Shown: piece after piece, positions 61,252 to 64,000 of the stretch
How the letters are laid out: each line of letters starts with the position of its first letter
How positions within the stretch are numbered: position 1 is the first letter of the stretch
DNA from: Puccinia triticina
Lineage: Eukaryota
Assembly: GCA_026914245.1 (NCBI GenBank)
Contig: CP110439.1
Coordinates: 3,720,001-3,784,000 of the forward strand
Direction: 5' to 3'
DNA length: 64,000 nt
Made by a program: the position numbers and the translations under genes
The notes under the pieces: generated by a model
Database searches by the model: none
Seen by the model: the letters and a program-made list of their open reading frames with translations, nothing else
What the model was told of the DNA's origin: nothing

Positions 61252-64000
61252 TCAGCAGTGGCAATAACCCAATGGAATGGCAGATCTTGTAGTCGTGATA
61301 GCAAATGAAATGATCAACAGTTGACCTGCACCAAATCGATGAAGTCGGTGGTCCTTGATCAACCGCTCCACGATATAAGCAGCTCCCCTCTCCGAGTGCT
61401 CCCCCCACAAATGTACCAGCCGCAACCCCTCGTGCATCGGGATATCATCCTCAGCCTCGCCCTCCTCTTGCCCGCTCTTGAGTCGCTCCAATCTTACTGT
61501 TCCATCAGCTCTCCCCGCGACATGCTCTCGCTATCGTATCTGCGTCCTCGCAGCCACCAGATTCGCATCCTCCAGCATCCCCACAAGCTCGAAGAGACGC
61601 TCCTTAAACAGTATCATCGACAGCTCGTCTGATTTCCCACTGAAAGCCTTTGAGTGCGTCTTGGTCTTCAGCAGCCCATCCATCCGCTTCAGCGCCGCCC
61701 AACCGACCTCCGCCAGCTCACCGACCAAAACAGCTATATCTGCGCCATTGAGCCGAGAAATATCTCGAACGTCCGGAAACGAAGGTGCCGTTGTGAGACC
61801 GATCCCTGATACACGATCTTCAACCATTCGCAAAAGGGTGTGGCAGAGGACCTGAAACTCGTGCATCCGGGATGTTGAGGATTGCTTGGCCAAATCTTTG
61901 CGGTTTGCCTTTTTCTTGAGGGCCTCCTTCACTCGGTCAAACGCCACAGTCGCAGACTTGAGTAAGTTGTTCATTTTCCCCTCGTGAGAGAACGGTCCTG
62001 CCATTGATACATGTGTTGTTTTACTCGTGCTGGACTCGGGATTCGTAGTTCTCGAAATATGCGGGCGAAGTGCGGGGTGCGCCGTATCAAAGCCAGTGAA
62101 CGCCGTGCGATCGGGGCAGGCCCTCTTAGGAAAACCGTTGTCACGCGGCGAGAGCGCTTCGGCATTGGATTGCTTTGAGGTGGCTGTTGTGAGAAAGGTT
62201 GAGCAGCTAATCACTTCTATCTCCGAGTCACTGTCGAGAGAGACAGCAGGGTTGCGTTGTTGGTTGTTTGGGGCCCGCTCGACAGTTAGCAATTTATATT
62301 CTCGTGCCAGGTAGTACATGTGTTTACATGCACTACCATGGCGAGTGAAATACGGACATTCGCAATTGATCAGGCGGCCCTCGGCAACACCAGTTGGTTG
62401 CTCGAACCCAACTCGGTAGACATGTACTGACGGGCTTGAGAAACTGCCAATGGTGAACTACAGATCCATGTCAACGAGTGATTATAAATGTAGCTTTAGT
62501 GTGCAATTTATAACCTTACATGATTTGTATGCCTGTAAACTTTGGCACCTATCAGCTCCAGGTAGCCTTTCGTGATACCGTCTGCGCGACTCTTGGAATG
62601 TGATTGAAACCGGTTAACTGTTTGTTTCACAAAGCCTGTGTTGACCTGGCATGTTTTCCGGCTGTATTTTGGCTCGACGATATCGCAAAAGATCTGGATC
62701 ACTTCGTCAATACGGTGTCGTGTGGATGGCTTGAGGTATCGGGTCTTGAGGACGTTATGCCATGCCTCAACATAGTTATTGGTGTTGATGCCCTGGTATG
62801 CGGTCTTCCAACCAAAAAAGAAAACAGTCATTATGTGATTAGGTAGGGAGGGGAAGCAGGGAGGCACTTACTGTTCGGTAGAACCGGGACCAATGCTCGA
62901 TACACATGTACCATTGCGAGTCAACGTAAGATGCAAATGCCGGGTGGACTTGCCTCCACTTACTGAGGTATATCATCATTTGGCTGTGTGGGTACTTACC
63001 CGAGTACATTATGACTTCGAATTCGTCCACTGCCTCCTGCAATCGTTTTCCCAAGTGGACAAGTGCTTTGGCCTTGAAGGCCTTGATGACGTGGAAGACA
63101 CACCAGTAATGCCTCGGGGCTTGATCCATCAGGTAGTCGAATGTTGCTGTGACTGCCGCCTTGATTGCCAGAGCACAGTCACTCATTACAGAATGAGGGA
63201 TCAGCCCGGTGGACTGATGCAACCACGTGAGGATCTGCTCAATTGGCTCGCTGACAGGACAAATGGGGAATCAGCCACAAAACTTGAAGTCATAGAAATA
63301 CATGATTGGTTGGAAAAGGAACTTACATGGCGAGTGAACCAGTAAAGGCCCAACATACAGGAAGGCCCATGCCCGTAACTGCATTTCGGATCATCACTGT
63401 GTACAGGCTGGCTTTCCAACCTTGCAAGAGAAAACAGTTGTTCACCGTGTTGTGTGTCGCATCGACCAGAAGCATTGTTGTGCCGTGCGCCATCATCATC
63501 TTTCGTTGCCAGGGAGATTGAATGCAAAACAGGAACGCCTCCGAATCGGCGATAACGGGAGCGAAGGTATGCCACCCAAGAGATTTCAGGTGAACTTCCC
63601 AGAGGGACAGCGATTTGAAAACATCACGGTGCTTTCGAACATTGTTGCACCTATGTGTTTTGATTAGGTGGCGGACAAGGTTGGCGGTGACACCATTGCC
63701 CTCTGGGATGGCCGCACTGGTCTCGTAAAGCTATTTGGTGGGGTTGGGATGGATAGATGGAAAAATCAGTGATCAAACAATCAATCCATGGTGAGATGAT
63801 GACGGGTACTTACATCATCAAGATCTTGTGATAGAACTAGGTCTTGGATGCTGTCCCACCCAAGCCCCGAGTCGATGCGAGCACAAACCCAGTCATGGAC
63901 GGCCTTTGGAATGCGGGTTTTCTTCATGTCTTCGACAGTGTTGAGCTCGTGAGAATGTTTCCAAAACCACTTGACCCGCAGCGAGGCAGTCGCAAGGTGG
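61252..64000 (-). CDS. MULE transposase with SWIM zinc finger, multi-exon, 5' end outside the window; possibly decayed
   Basis: SVMSDCALAI...HYWCVFHV (DxxxA...CxxH), NTNNYVEAWHNVLK, and SWIM CECPYFTRHGSACKHMYYLA. Confidence 0.85.

Overview
Eukaryotic, intron-rich, transposon-dense DNA, most consistent with a rust fungus (Pucciniales; an inference from gene and TE style and from TpCpG hypermutation). Host genes occupy about 8-29 kb: an SDR oxidoreductase with a signal-peptide-like N-terminus (8278-10521, +), DOP1/Dopey (17588-25360, -) and a class I DAHP synthase (26893-28888, +). An apparently intact Mutator-like gene between them fuses a GCM/WRKY-like Zn domain, a DDE transposase and a USP-like cysteine-protease domain (11253-16315). 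The left end has a copia gag, a TA-flanked TIR element carrying an intron-containing linoleate diol synthase fragment, Helitron ends and MITEs. From 29.4 kb onward is a deeply nested TE pile: copia > tRNA-containing LTR element > copia > solo LTR > 15.5-kb foldback CACTA built from a 174/348-bp satellite > PIF/Harbinger > solo LTRs. It is followed by a decayed Ty3/gypsy with extra 3' ORFs and a MULE-SWIM transposase. All calls were made by eye, with no database searches.
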